Source: an uncultured cyanobacterium | GTDB lineage: Bacteria > Cyanobacteriota > Cyanobacteriia > Leptolyngbyales > Leptolyngbyaceae | Direction of reading: 5' to 3' | Assembly: GCA_963766075.1 (NCBI GenBank) | Contig: CAVYAN010000041.1 | Location: forward strand, 1-64,000 | DNA length: 64,000 bases | In this document: positions 20,806 to 31,699 of the stretch, piece after piece | Layout of the letters: each line of letters begins with the position of its first letter | Position numbering within the stretch: the stretch's first letter is position 1 | Position numbers and translations under genes: made by a program | The notes under the pieces: model-generated | The model's input: only the letters and a program-made list of their open reading frames with translations | What the model was told of the DNA's origin: nothing | The model's database searches: none

Positions 20806-21552
20806 CTAAAGACTTGCATCCAGAATGCTCAGATCATGGATGGGTTGGTGGGTAATGCAGCGCCAATGGCAGGCAAATAGGTTCGGGTTTTGAACCCCGA
20901 TGCTCGCAATCGCCCGTTCATCCGGGAAGGGTAGCACCCGATCAAAGACAATATCTTGCCCTTGTAGGCCAAACTGCACCAGGTAAACCCCAGGTGGAGC
21001 CTCTAGCGATCGCAACAGCCGATGACTCAGGCCATAGAGCGGCTGACGTAGCGCATCTTCCAAATGAACAGGTTGCCTAAACTCTGTTTCCATGGCTACT
21101 GTCCCTCTGGGCCGCCCGCCCAGCGTTTTCGGACCGAGCACCTCCGCATAGAGCGGACCCTTGGTCGTCAGGACAATCGGTAGACACAAATCACCTTCTC
21201 CCGTGAAATACCCCCACTGTGCCACCTGATCCCGCAAACCAACACCTGCGCGACAGGCCGCATAGACCGCCTGCCCAGGGAATTCCAGCGTCGATGGTAC
21301 GCTCAAGGTTAAGGGAACAATCCAGTCTTCAGCCCTTGGCCGATCGTCCTGTGCTGCCGCCCGATCCCCACCATCCCACAGGATGACCGAAGAGGGAAAT
21401 GCGCGATCGCCCGTAACAGTCATTCCCCTCTCACCCCCTAAGCAAACGGCCTGCTGGAATGCTTCTAGGATTTTCGCCGTAGCGGGTGCCGTCACATTAT
21501 CAACCCACAGCACAACCCTAGGCATTGCCAAAGCTGGGCAGCGCAGGCGCAC
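20806..21552 (-). CDS. Hypothetical protein; true start probably ATG 21525 (MPRVVL)
   Basis: Long ORF coupled to the upstream coiled-coil gene; no family recognised with confidence. Confidence 0.6.
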   Translation of the reverse strand: MRLRCPALAMPRVVLWVDNVTAPATAKILEAFQQAVCLGGERGMTVTGDRAFPSSVILWDGGDRAAAQDDRPRAEDWIVPLTLSVPSTLEFPGQAVYAACRAGVGLRDQVAQWGYFTGEGDLCLPIVLTTKGPLYAEVLGPKTLGGRPRGTVAMETEFRQPVHLEDALRQPLYGLSHRLLRSLEAPPGVYLVQFGLQGQDIVFDRVLPFPDERAIASIGVQNPNLFACHWRCITHQPIHDLSILDASL

Positions 21553-22063
21553 TGACGCGAGAGAAACTGGGCAAATCTAAGTCTGTTGCCCGTCGGCTCC
21601 GCACCGCCAAGCGATAGCTCACACTTTGCAGTTCAGCGTTGAGTTGGCGATTTTCCTTTTGCAGAGCCATCATTTTTTCCTTAATGGGCTGCAAACGCTC
21701 TTCAAATTTCTGCCGATAAACGTTGGGAATCTCTTGCACCACCTGCTCCAACATGCGAGAGCGATCGCCCAAATCAGTCACCGTTTGGCGCAACTGGGAA
21801 ATTTCCGCATCGCGATCATCAATTTGCTCTTGGTAAAACATCACTTGTTGCTCCACCCCCAGCAACTGCTCCCGCAGCGCCCGCACCTCTACCAAGTGGC
21901 GTTCATTCACCTGGGGCGTCGGCAAATAGTTTGCGTTCCCTTTGACCAAACGAAAAAGCTCTTGGGATAACTGCTGCACCAAGTTATCCCGCATTTGCAA
22001 CTCTTCAGTCAGCCGCACTACCTCGGCATTCGTATTTTGGGTCAGGCTTTCAGCATAGATCAC
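21518..22063 (-). CDS. Conserved cyanobacterial coiled-coil protein (Npun_F5560-like)
   Basis: ELQMRDNLVQQLSQELFRLVKGN..ENRQLNAELQSVSYRLA heptad pattern. Confidence 0.7.
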   Translation of the reverse strand: MIYAESLTQNTNAEVVRLTEELQMRDNLVQQLSQELFRLVKGNANYLPTPQVNERHLVEVRALREQLLGVEQQVMFYQEQIDDRDAEISQLRQTVTDLGDRSRMLEQVVQEIPNVYRQKFEERLQPIKEKMMALQKENRQLNAELQSVSYRLAVRSRRATDLDLPSFSRVSAPALPSFGNA

Positions 22064-22485
22064 GGCACTACCACTCCAATTCTTGACGGCTCAGGATAAT
22101 TAAACGGCAAAATCTAAAATTCGCAACCGCAGGTGCCAATTTTAATCGTTAACTTTGATTTCGGCACAACTTTGTAGGCTGCATGCAGATTGGCCATATA
22201 GGCTCCATGCAGATCGGCCATGCCATAATGACGAATTACGTGTATTTACTGAATATTAAATTCAAAATTGAACATAATAGCTGAAAATACTGATTGGATA
22301 TTTCTGGGGCTAATCCTGGGCTTACAAATTCCTGGACGAGATAAAGACTCTGTATGCAAAGGATTGTGGCGCTTGGCTCCTGCTGGGCATCCTTGCAAAA
22401 TAGAGCTAGATGAACTCAGTACTCCTTTTGAAAAGGTAGTATTTAGCACCCTATCCTTTCTCCTTCTCCTTCTGGCTCACTGATC

Positions 22486-24345
22486 ATGGCAACCTTCAAC
22501 TTTACGTTTGATCCGGGTACTACTATTCAGCAAATGGTGGGTTTCGAGATGGCTGGACGGGTTTGGGCTACCTACCTTTCCGACGCTGTTACCATCAATC
22601 TTCATGTCGGGATCAGCAGTAGCTTGCCCACCAATGTAATTGGCGGTGCTCTTCCTGGCTTCCAGGCCAATCGTACCTATACCACCGTTCGCGATCGCCT
22701 TTATGCCGATGCCACCTCCGCCGACGATATCGCCGCGACAAACGGCATCCGCAGCTACAACAAGTACAGCGATTTTGCCAACGTCAATGGGGTAGACCCA
22801 ACCACGCGACTGCACGCGACCTATGATTTCTTTTTGAATAAAGATGCCACTTGGTATGACGGAACGGCAGGGACAACCTGGAACCAATGGTATAGCTCTG
22901 CTGACCGGATTACCCAAAATGGGCAAACCTATATTGATGTCAAAGAAAACTTTGGCGGTACCACCATGGCCCTGACCCGAGCAAACGCCAAGGCATTGGG
23001 AGTTAGCCTCGATCAATCTACCACTGCCCTGGATGGCTACATTTTGATGAGCAACCTCTCTAATACCAGCAATGTGGTTTGGAACTACGACTACACTCGC
23101 AGTAACGCCGCAGGCAGCAATTCCCTAGATTTCTTCAGTGTGGTCCTCCACGAAATTGGCCATACTTTAGGCTTTGTCAGTTCTGTAGATCGCACCCAGT
23201 GGGTGAGTCCCTTCTTTACAAGCACAAACGCTGCTAGTGTTGTCTCGTCAATTGACTTTGCCAACTACAGAAGCAACGCCAACAGCCGCAGCGACTTAGC
23301 CACGCCCCTTGATTTGTTCCGCTATACCCAGACCAATGCTAACTGGGCCGGCTGGCGCGATTTTTCCGTGGGTGGGGCCACGATGTTTTCCTTCGACGGG
23401 ACTACGGCCATTGCCAACTTTGCTACCGGTATGGATACCTCCCTAGGTGGCAGTGGTCTACAGGCCAGTCATTGGCAGGGCAGCGGCACCTCTTCCGGCA
23501 TCATGAATCCGACCCTAGGGCTGGGCATTCGTCGGAACGTCTCGGCTCTAGACCTGCGGGCTTTTGATGCGATTGGCTGGAACCTGAGCAACGGCAATAC
23601 CGTGTCTAACCTTGACCTCTCCGCTCTGCGGACCCAGGCCATTCACACGGTCGCGTCCCGAGCCGGACGCGGCAGCAGCGGTACCACGACGGCCACCGCC
23701 ACCACCTGGTACAACACCAACCTGACAGCCTCCTCCACCCAAACCAGCCTCGTCAGCGCGCGCGACCAAGAAGTTTACAACATGATGGTGAATAGCCAAA
23801 TCTATGACATGACGCGGGTTGCATCCACCAGTACGGCCACGACCGTTACCCGAATGACCTTTGCCCAAGCCTTTGCCCAGGAACAAGGATTTCGCTCGGA
23901 GCTCGTTTTGCCGTCCCTTGAACCCGAAATCAGTCAATCTGAAATTGCTGGGGCTGACGTTAATCGGTCTATTATGGGCTCTGCTTTGCCAGCGTTCCTA
24001 GAGGTTCAATATGCTTCTTTAACAATGGCATGGGGCACTGCCGTGCCGATGGTCAACTTAATGACTATTGTTGCCTACTGCGATCAGGATATGCTGACCC
24101 TACTGCCTTCCTCAGATGCAGACGGAAGTAATCAGACTGTGCCTACAGCAACCCAGCCTGCGGATTTGGCAGTGGCGATCGCGTCCCCCAACGTCCCCCA
24201 ATTTGGCCCAGTTCTCCCCACCCGCGCCTACGACAGTAGCCTGCCGTATAGCCAGAGTGACCTTAGCCTCGATAAGGAACGGGAACCCCGCGATCTCTCT
24301 GACTTCATTTCAGACCCGTTAGCGATCAATCTGTTCACCCTCTAA
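22486..24345 (+). CDS. Zinc metalloprotease (NF038122-like), Thr/Ser/Asn-rich
   Basis: FNFTF..GFEMAGRVW..YLSD, LTRANAKALG, VVLHEIGHTLGF, TPLDLFRY, ASHW, GIMNP, DLRAFDAIGW. Confidence 0.8.
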   Translation: MATFNFTFDPGTTIQQMVGFEMAGRVWATYLSDAVTINLHVGISSSLPTNVIGGALPGFQANRTYTTVRDRLYADATSADDIAATNGIRSYNKYSDFANVNGVDPTTRLHATYDFFLNKDATWYDGTAGTTWNQWYSSADRITQNGQTYIDVKENFGGTTMALTRANAKALGVSLDQSTTALDGYILMSNLSNTSNVVWNYDYTRSNAAGSNSLDFFSVVLHEIGHTLGFVSSVDRTQWVSPFFTSTNAASVVSSIDFANYRSNANSRSDLATPLDLFRYTQTNANWAGWRDFSVGGATMFSFDGTTAIANFATGMDTSLGGSGLQASHWQGSGTSSGIMNPTLGLGIRRNVSALDLRAFDAIGWNLSNGNTVSNLDLSALRTQAIHTVASRAGRGSSGTTTATATTWYNTNLTASSTQTSLVSARDQEVYNMMVNSQIYDMTRVASTSTATTVTRMTFAQAFAQEQGFRSELVLPSLEPEISQSEIAGADVNRSIMGSALPAFLEVQYASLTMAWGTAVPMVNLMTIVAYCDQDMLTLLPSSDADGSNQTVPTATQPADLAVAIASPNVPQFGPVLPTRAYDSSLPYSQSDLSLDKEREPRDLSDFISDPLAINLFTL

Positions 24346-24515
24346 GCGATTTATCCCCTAATCCGTTGCAGGACCTCAAAATCAACCTCGAGCTACGGTT
24401 CCGCAGGCCCCAACGGGAACTGTAACGATAAAAAATACGTGAACTTGGGTGTGCATTCACTGGGGACAGTGGGAATTCTGAGATCAACCTACTGCCCTAT
24501 GGCTCCCTTCTGCAT

Positions 24516-27446
24516 ATGATGGCTGCCCAACCTTGCGCGTTCCGCCTAGCCTATCAAACGGTGCTTTTGCCCCTAGCCCTTTGGCTAGGACTGGGTACGA
24601 GTGGGCAAGCCTCGGCCCAAATCCTCCCAGATGGCACCCTCCCCACCAACTCGATTGTGACTTCGGGAGGGGCACTCACAACGATTACGGGCGGGACAAT
24701 CCAGGGTTCCAATTTATTCCATAGTTTTCAGCAGTTTTCTTTGCCCAGTGGCACAGCCTTCTTCGATAATGCCGCCACAATTCAAAACATCATTGCCCGT
24801 GTGACTGGCGGCCTCCCGTCAAACATTGACGGCATTCTGAAAGCCAACGGCTCGGCCAATCTGTTTTTAATCAACCCCAATGGCATTCAGTTTGGTGCCA
24901 ACGCGCGTCTTAACCTCGGCGGTTCTTTTATTGCGAGTACTGCCCAGAGTATGCAATTTGCCGATGGCACACAGTTCAGTGCAGTGGCTCCGCAAAATCC
25001 TTTATTAACCATTAGCGTGCCCATTGGGTTGCAGTACGGTGCTAATCCCGCACCAATTACAGTTCAGGGCAACGGCAATAATGCGATCCTAGATTTTTCC
25101 ACTTTTGAAATTCTGCCCAATATAAATCCGGGTCTGCAAGTAGCCAACGGCCAAACGCTCGCTTTGGTGGGAGGGGATTTGCTGTTGGATGGGGGCAATC
25201 TTTTGGCCCCAGAAGGAAATATCGAACTGGGCAGTGTCCGCAGCGGTGGCTTGGTCAGTCTGGTGCCGACCCCGGCAGGTTGGAGCTTGGGCTATGGGGG
25301 GATTAGTAGTTTTGGGGATATTCGTCTGGAGAATCGAGCCTCAGCAGATACGAGTGGCAATGGCGGGGGCCGGATACAGGTGCAAACGGGCACGCTGTCC
25401 GTGCTGGGCGGGTCTACAGTTCTGGCCTTGACACAAGGGAATGCCCCAGGAGAAGGCATTACAATTCGGGCGACCGATCGCATTGAAGTCTCATCTGCAG
25501 GCGTTACGGCAGATGATATCTCCAATGGCGTGTCTTATCTGAGTGCGATCGCCACTGATACTGGATCCGCTTCAACAGCCAGAGGCGGTAACCTCACCAT
25601 TGCCACCCATGCGCTGCACGTCAGCGACGGGGCCCAACTTTCTGCCGCCGTTACAGGTTCTGGCAGGGGCGGGGATTTCATTCTCAATGCTCAAGATGTT
25701 GATATTAGCGGTGGTATTACCGGTCTAACCACTAGTGCGCTCTCCACCGCCGTCAACTTTGGGACAGGGCAAGGGGGCAATTTGCTACTGAACGTGGGCA
25801 ACCTCCATGTGCTAAAGGGGGCGCAGTTGAATTCAGGTACCTTTGATGCAGGCAACGCGGGCACAATGAAAATCAACGCCCAATCCGTTCTAGTGGATGG
25901 CATTGGTGACCTTGGTACTAGTGATATTGTCTCCACTACAAATTTTGGCCCCGGCAATAGCGGCAGGATCGAAATTAATGCCGATCGCGTCCAAGTGACG
26001 AATGGTGGCCGGATTGCTACCAGCACCTTTACCACCGGAGACGGGGGGGCACTGGTGATTAACGCGAGAGACCTTGAAGTGACGGGAGAAAGTGGTAGAG
26101 GTCCTAGCCGCATTGCCACAGACACCGAAACTTCGGCAACAGGTAATGGCGGGCAACTCACCATTAATAGCGATCGCCTTCGGATTAGTGATGGCGGCAG
26201 AGTCTCCAGCGACACCTTTGGCGCAGGCCATGGAGGCGATATCTTTGTAAATGCTCAAGATATGCAAGTTTCAGGCACCACCACCTCGGGAAATCCTAGC
26301 CTCCTGCTCGCCTTGGCGCAGCGCAAATCAACCGGCAACGCCGGCAACCTTAGCATTACGACTAACCAACTACAAGTGACGGGTGGAGCCCAAATCGTTG
26401 CCGCCACCAGTAGCAGTGGCAACGCCGGTACCCTCACTGTCAATGCCGCCAGCATCGATCTAATCGGGGTTGGACCCAAGACCCGCAGCGGCTTGTTTGG
26501 CAATGCCCTAGAGTCTACTGGAGCCGGGGGGGATGTCCAAGTCACGGCCAATCGTTTGACCCTGCGCGATGGTGCAACAATCAATGTCGGCAACTTCCCG
26601 AGCAACAATCCAGCCATTGCCCCCGGCCAGGGTGCCGTTGGCAACGCTCAGATTAATGCCGCCCAGATTCAACTGGATAACGGTAGCATTACCGCCGATA
26701 GTGCAGGCGGCAGCGGGGGCAATCTCTTCTTGACCTCAGAGGCCCTAGTGCTCCGGCGAGGAAGCACAATCAGCACGAATGCTCAGGGGGCTGCGACGGG
26801 TGGAAATATCACCATCAATACCGATTTTCTAGTCGCTGTTCAAGCCGAAAACAGCGATATCACAGCGAATGCCGCTAATAACTTTGGTGGCCGAGTCATT
26901 ATTGATGCTTTAACGATTTTGGGCACCGAATATCGCCCACAGCTCACTTCATTGAGCGATATTACGGCCACTTCAGCGCTAGGCCCTTTGTTTAATGGAG
27001 TGGTGGAGATCCGGACACCGGATGTTGATCCCAGCCAAGGGCTGACCCCGCTTCCTAGTGGACTGGTTGATGCCAGTAGCCAAATAGTGGCGGCCTGTGA
27101 GCGATCGCCCGGTAGCCAATTCCTGATTTCTGGACGCGGTGGCTTGCCTCAAGATGCCAGCCAACCCCTACGTAGCGCTAATGTATGGCAGGATCTGCGC
27201 CTTAACGCTACTCCGAGCCGTGTTACCACCCCGCAGTCGGCCTCTGCTATACCGGCCCCTCCTATCCGTATCCGTTCGGTCATACCGCGTACTGCTTTAG
27301 TAGAGGCGCACGGCTGGGGCATCACTGCCGATGGCAAAGTTGCTCTTGTCGCCCACGCGAGTCCCCAAGCAAGCAGCCCTCAGAAAATGTGGGCAATTCA
27401 GTGTCCGCGACAGCAGACCTTTTCGGCTGATCGGGTTCTTCCCTAG
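24516..27446 (+). CDS. Filamentous haemagglutinin-like exoprotein (TPS/haemagglutination domain plus beta-helix repeats)
   Basis: Signal peptide ending A-QILPD; NLFHSFQQF, RVTGG..SNIDG, NLFLINPNGI; GxGGxxxI repeats; C-terminal C..FLISGRGGLP..EA.GW. Confidence 0.92.
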   Translation: MMAAQPCAFRLAYQTVLLPLALWLGLGTSGQASAQILPDGTLPTNSIVTSGGALTTITGGTIQGSNLFHSFQQFSLPSGTAFFDNAATIQNIIARVTGGLPSNIDGILKANGSANLFLINPNGIQFGANARLNLGGSFIASTAQSMQFADGTQFSAVAPQNPLLTISVPIGLQYGANPAPITVQGNGNNAILDFSTFEILPNINPGLQVANGQTLALVGGDLLLDGGNLLAPEGNIELGSVRSGGLVSLVPTPAGWSLGYGGISSFGDIRLENRASADTSGNGGGRIQVQTGTLSVLGGSTVLALTQGNAPGEGITIRATDRIEVSSAGVTADDISNGVSYLSAIATDTGSASTARGGNLTIATHALHVSDGAQLSAAVTGSGRGGDFILNAQDVDISGGITGLTTSALSTAVNFGTGQGGNLLLNVGNLHVLKGAQLNSGTFDAGNAGTMKINAQSVLVDGIGDLGTSDIVSTTNFGPGNSGRIEINADRVQVTNGGRIATSTFTTGDGGALVINARDLEVTGESGRGPSRIATDTETSATGNGGQLTINSDRLRISDGGRVSSDTFGAGHGGDIFVNAQDMQVSGTTTSGNPSLLLALAQRKSTGNAGNLSITTNQLQVTGGAQIVAATSSSGNAGTLTVNAASIDLIGVGPKTRSGLFGNALESTGAGGDVQVTANRLTLRDGATINVGNFPSNNPAIAPGQGAVGNAQINAAQIQLDNGSITADSAGGSGGNLFLTSEALVLRRGSTISTNAQGAATGGNITINTDFLVAVQAENSDITANAANNFGGRVIIDALTILGTEYRPQLTSLSDITATSALGPLFNGVVEIRTPDVDPSQGLTPLPSGLVDASSQIVAACERSPGSQFLISGRGGLPQDASQPLRSANVWQDLRLNATPSRVTTPQSASAIPAPPIRIRSVIPRTALVEAHGWGITADGKVALVAHASPQASSPQKMWAIQCPRQQTFSADRVLP

Positions 27447-27461
27447 GTAACGCACGACCTC

Positions 27462-27497
27462 TTAGTTAACGCATTAGTTAACGCATTAGTTAACGCA
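27462..27497. repeat. Three tandem copies of TTAGTTAACGCA
   Basis: Exact 12 bp x 3 between the FHA and CHAT genes. Confidence 0.9.
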
Positions 27498-27551
27498 CTC
27501 CTGCTCTGACCGATTGAATACATTCACATAGACCCCCTCAAGAGAACCCGT

Positions 27552-30158
27552 ATGAAGAGACTGAAGCCCCTAAAATCTCCCTGGAAGACGATTTATATCA
27601 GTCTCTGGCTCATGGTTTTGAGTTGTTGTCTGGTGCTTATTACTCACTCCGCGATCGCCGTTAGCCCGCCAAACTCTGCTTCGGCCCCTCTGATGGCCGC
27701 CCCGTTACCCACGCATAGTGCCGAGTCCCAACTCGATGCTGGGCGACAACACTACAGCGCCGGACGATTCATGGAGGCGGTTCAGGCATGGCAACAGGCC
27801 CTACACACCTATCAAGCTCAGGGCGATCGTCTTAATCAGGCCCTGAGTTTAAGTTACCTCTCCCTGGCCTACCAAGGCTTAGGGAATTGGCAGCAAGCCG
27901 AGCAGAGCATTCAATCGAGTCTTGATTTACTCCAGACAGCTCAGGGCGATCGCGCCGCCACCACGATTCTGGCTTTAGCCCTCAACACCCAGGGCCAACT
28001 CCAGCTCGCACAAGGCCAAACCGAAGCCGCTTTAGCCACCTGGGAAACTGCTGAGAAAACCTACAGCCAAGCCCAAGACTTTCCGGGCATTTTAGGCAGC
28101 CAAATCAATCAGGCGCAGGCATTGCAAAATCTGGGTCTCTATCGTCGCGCCCAATCCCTACTGGAGCGATCGCGCCAGCAGCTACAGCAGCAACCGCCCT
28201 CCGCCCTCAAAGTTTCCGGCTTGCAAAATCTGGGCAACGTATTGCAAATTGTCGGGGATCTGACTAATGCCAAAGGTGTCCTCGAAGAAAGCTTGAAAAT
28301 TGCCCAACAACTAGACCTATCTACGGATGTCAGTGCCAGTCTGCTCAGCTTAGGTAATACTCTACGCGCCGAGCAGGATATTCCAGCAGCCCTCCAGTCT
28401 TATCAGCAAGCGGCCACCACAGCACCTACTTCTACTGCACGCATGGAAGCCCAAGTGAATCAACTGAGTCTCTTAATCGACACCCACAAAGTGACAGAAG
28501 CAGAGGCGCTACAGCAACAGATTGCTGATCAATTATCGACCCTGCCCCCGAGTCGCACTGGGATCTATATCCAAGTTAATTGGGCTGCCAGTGTGTTGCG
28601 CGGCCAGCAGCACGGTTTAATGTCGAACCAGCCCTCGCTAAAAGCGATCGCCGATCAACTAACTACAGCGGTACAGCAGGCCAGACAATTGCAAGATGCG
28701 AGGGCAGAATCCTTTGCTCTCGGTCATTTGGGTAGTCTTTATCTACGAACTGGGCAATGGCCAGAAGCGGAAAAATTGACCCAACAAGCCTTGCGAACTG
28801 CCCAGAACATTAACGCTGCTGACATCGCTTATCGCTGGCAATGGCAACTGGGGCAGATTTTTAAGCAGCAAGGCGATCGGGTCACGGCAATCATGGCCTA
28901 TAACGAATCTGTAAACCTGCTCAAGTCTTTACGTCGTGATTTGATTGCCATGAGTCCCGACGTCCAGTTCTCCTTTCGAGAGTCCGTTGAGCCTGTCTAT
29001 CGGGAACTGGTTACGCTCTTAGTCCAATCCACAACACCTACGCAGCAGGAACTTCAGCAGGCTCGCGACGTCATCGAAGGACTGCAACAGGCGGAATTAG
29101 AGAACTTTTTGCGATCGGCTTGCCTGGACATTCGCCTTAGCGATGTAGATAAGGCGGATCCAACCGCCGCTATCATCTACCCCATTATTTTGGAAGACCG
29201 TCTGACTGTTATCACCGCATTGCCGGGGCAACCACTGCAAGTTCACAACACACTACTGCCCAAGGCAAAAATTGAAACAACAATCGAGAAAACGCTAGAG
29301 TCACTTAACCCCTTGTTCTCTGATGAAGAACGCCTTCAGCTATCCGGCCAACTTTATGATTGGCTGATTCGCCCCGTGGCCGCAGACCTGGCCAAGAGTC
29401 CGGTAAAAACCCTGGTTTTTGTCTTGGATGGAGCACTGCGTAATCTCCCCATGGCGGCGCTCTATGATGGCCAGCGGTATTTAATTGAGAGCTATGGGGT
29501 TGCAATTACACCAGGCTTACAACTACTGGGTCCGCAAGAGTCTCTGGCCAAGGGCAAATTTCAGGCGCTTATTGGGGCGTTAACTGAGGCGCGTCAAGGC
29601 TTTGCGGCATTGCCCGGTGTGGCGGAGGAGTCCGAAAAGATTTCGGCCAAGCTTGCTTCTAATGTACTGCTCAACCGCAGCTTCACCCAGAAGGAGTTAC
29701 AGGAAAAAATTCAGACTTCGGCATCGCCGATTGTTCACCTAGCAACCCACGGACAATTCAGTTCGGATCTTGAGAAGACTTTTATTCTGACCTGGGATAA
29801 TCGACTCACAATTGAGGGGGTAAAAACTAGCTTGAAATCGCGTGCAGAAACCAATCAAAGCCCGATTGAGTTATTGGTATTAAGTGCCTGTGAAACCGCA
29901 GAAGGAGATAAACGAGCTGCCCTAGGATTGGCAGGATTGGCTGTGCGATCGGGTGCCCGCAGTACATTGGCCAGTCTCTGGGCTGTGAATGATGCGTCCA
30001 CAACTGAACTTATGGTCCGATTCTATCAATCTCTGACCCGACAAGGACTCAACAAAGCCGAATCCCTCCGCCAAGGCCAACTCGACTTGCTAAAAACGGC
30101 GCAATATAGTCATCCCTTCTACTGGGCTCCATTTATCCTTGTGGGGAACTGGTTGTAG
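27552..30158 (+). CDS. Secreted TPR plus CHAT (caspase-like) domain protein
   Basis: Hydrophobic N-terminus; TPR helices; VHLATHGQF and LLVLSACETA catalytic His/Cys; HPFYWAPFILVGNWL end. Confidence 0.92.
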   Translation: MKRLKPLKSPWKTIYISLWLMVLSCCLVLITHSAIAVSPPNSASAPLMAAPLPTHSAESQLDAGRQHYSAGRFMEAVQAWQQALHTYQAQGDRLNQALSLSYLSLAYQGLGNWQQAEQSIQSSLDLLQTAQGDRAATTILALALNTQGQLQLAQGQTEAALATWETAEKTYSQAQDFPGILGSQINQAQALQNLGLYRRAQSLLERSRQQLQQQPPSALKVSGLQNLGNVLQIVGDLTNAKGVLEESLKIAQQLDLSTDVSASLLSLGNTLRAEQDIPAALQSYQQAATTAPTSTARMEAQVNQLSLLIDTHKVTEAEALQQQIADQLSTLPPSRTGIYIQVNWAASVLRGQQHGLMSNQPSLKAIADQLTTAVQQARQLQDARAESFALGHLGSLYLRTGQWPEAEKLTQQALRTAQNINAADIAYRWQWQLGQIFKQQGDRVTAIMAYNESVNLLKSLRRDLIAMSPDVQFSFRESVEPVYRELVTLLVQSTTPTQQELQQARDVIEGLQQAELENFLRSACLDIRLSDVDKADPTAAIIYPIILEDRLTVITALPGQPLQVHNTLLPKAKIETTIEKTLESLNPLFSDEERLQLSGQLYDWLIRPVAADLAKSPVKTLVFVLDGALRNLPMAALYDGQRYLIESYGVAITPGLQLLGPQESLAKGKFQALIGALTEARQGFAALPGVAEESEKISAKLASNVLLNRSFTQKELQEKIQTSASPIVHLATHGQFSSDLEKTFILTWDNRLTIEGVKTSLKSRAETNQSPIELLVLSACETAEGDKRAALGLAGLAVRSGARSTLASLWAVNDASTTELMVRFYQSLTRQGLNKAESLRQGQLDLLKTAQYSHPFYWAPFILVGNWL

Positions 30159-30754
30159 TCTCGTTAATTCCAATATTTCTGATTGAAATTTTTGGGGTGC
30201 AAACAGTTGGGATAATGATCGCTGAGATGAAAACTGTCAGCGCGCGAAATAAGATGTGGTCGGAAATAAAAAACCACGCTATGGGTAGTATCTAAATCAG
30301 CAATTTTCTGTGCTTAGTACGCTTTCCATAGCATGTGCCGCTTATTAGCGATAAGGTCTATAGAATATTCTGAGGAATTGCAAGGCATCCTTTGTTTGAT
30401 TCTATATGCAAATCCTAAGTATTTTCACGCATATTAAATGGTTTCCAGCGTAATTCATCTTGCAAAATTCATCAAATATTCAATGTGTGCCATAGAAAAT
30501 CCACCAAAGTAACTGGGAATAGCCATAAAATGGGAGAATCACAGATAGGTGATATTTGATACATGCCTGCAAGGATGGGTGGTGATGTCTTTTTCCACTC
30601 AGGATTTCATCTATTCGTGTAGGCGCTTGATCGACTCTCAGGCAGTGGGTCACTGTGGATGTCTCAGTGGATGTCTCAGTGTGACTCGGCATGCCTGAGT
30701 TTGTAGGTTAGCCAATTGATCGCCATTTAAGCCGTCCTCTAAGAGGGCTACACC

Positions 30755-31483
30755 ATGCCAAAATATCCAATGATCAAACATCGTCACACTCTCTCTGCAA
30801 TTCTTCTCACGGCGACACTTTACTGGGGAGGAGAAATTCTATCGATTGCTAATGCTGGGGCAAGTATACCGTTTAATCCTCCAACGGGTGGTGCGCCCAG
30901 TGGTAGAAGTGGTGCCTCCCGTGGTGATACAGCCTGCTCCGCGAATCCGGCAGAATTTACACACCGATTCATGCCACTCACACCGGCCAATTCCAACTAT
31001 GGGCTGACTGTTGTGCCACGCCCAACATTGTTTGCCTATATTCCACCCTCTTCAGCCCCAAATGCCTTCTTTAGCCTGAAGGATGATACAGGTCACGTTC
31101 ATTATCAGACAACCTTGCCTATCACTAAAGCTGGCATTCTGCGCATTGAACTGCCGGAGTCTGTCCCGCCGTTAGTGGTTGGTAAGCGCTATCGCTGGGG
31201 GATCGCCGTTTTGTGTGCTGGCAAACTTAAGCCAGATAGTCCGTTTATTAGCAGTTGGATTCAGCGGGTTGAGCCGTCTCCACAGCTTGTGGGTCAGATC
31301 AACCAATCGGCCTCAATTGAGAAGGCTACCCTGTATGGGACTAATGGTATTTGGTACGATACGCTCTCGACCCTGGCAGTGCTAAGGCAGCAACAACCGG
31401 GAAATTCCAAGTTGCAGTCGGCATGGAGTGAGTTGTTGAGTACAGTGGGGTTAAGTACCGTTGCCTCAGAACCAATAAATTAG
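30755..31483 (+). CDS. DUF928 domain protein
   Basis: Signal-like N-terminus; FNPP.GGAP..GASRG..C, GLT..RPTLFAYIP, Y.W..V.C, GIWYDTL..W.ELL.TVGL. Confidence 0.88.
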   Translation: MPKYPMIKHRHTLSAILLTATLYWGGEILSIANAGASIPFNPPTGGAPSGRSGASRGDTACSANPAEFTHRFMPLTPANSNYGLTVVPRPTLFAYIPPSSAPNAFFSLKDDTGHVHYQTTLPITKAGILRIELPESVPPLVVGKRYRWGIAVLCAGKLKPDSPFISSWIQRVEPSPQLVGQINQSASIEKATLYGTNGIWYDTLSTLAVLRQQQPGNSKLQSAWSELLSTVGLSTVASEPIN

Positions 31484-31699
31484 CACTGATTCAGCACAAC
31501 CATAAACCATAAATCACCCACCTCAAGAGAGGTTTGATATACAGTCTCGCTTGCGATTGACATCATGAGTCGATCTTTCATTAGGTCTACTGATGGTGTC
31601 AATTGTGCTGAAAGGGGTAAAGGTTAATCTTTGATTAGATTTCTAATGTAATGGAGATGATTTGGGCACTTTAAAAATGGAGTTATCTATCAACGTGGA

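Noticed and set aside
27462..27497. Repeat array as possible CRISPR
   Set aside because: 12 bp units with no spacers and no cas genes; no CRISPR array seen anywhere in the window
27552..30158. CHAT protease as a CRISPR-associated or antiphage caspase (Craspase-like)
   Set aside because: It has a signal-like N-terminus and no Cas7-11, gasdermin or sensor neighbours
30159..30754. Small gene in the AT-rich CHAT-DUF928 spacer (ORF 30480-30692)
   Set aside because: No motif or clear RBS, and it is partly made of a tandem duplication; more likely promoter DNA
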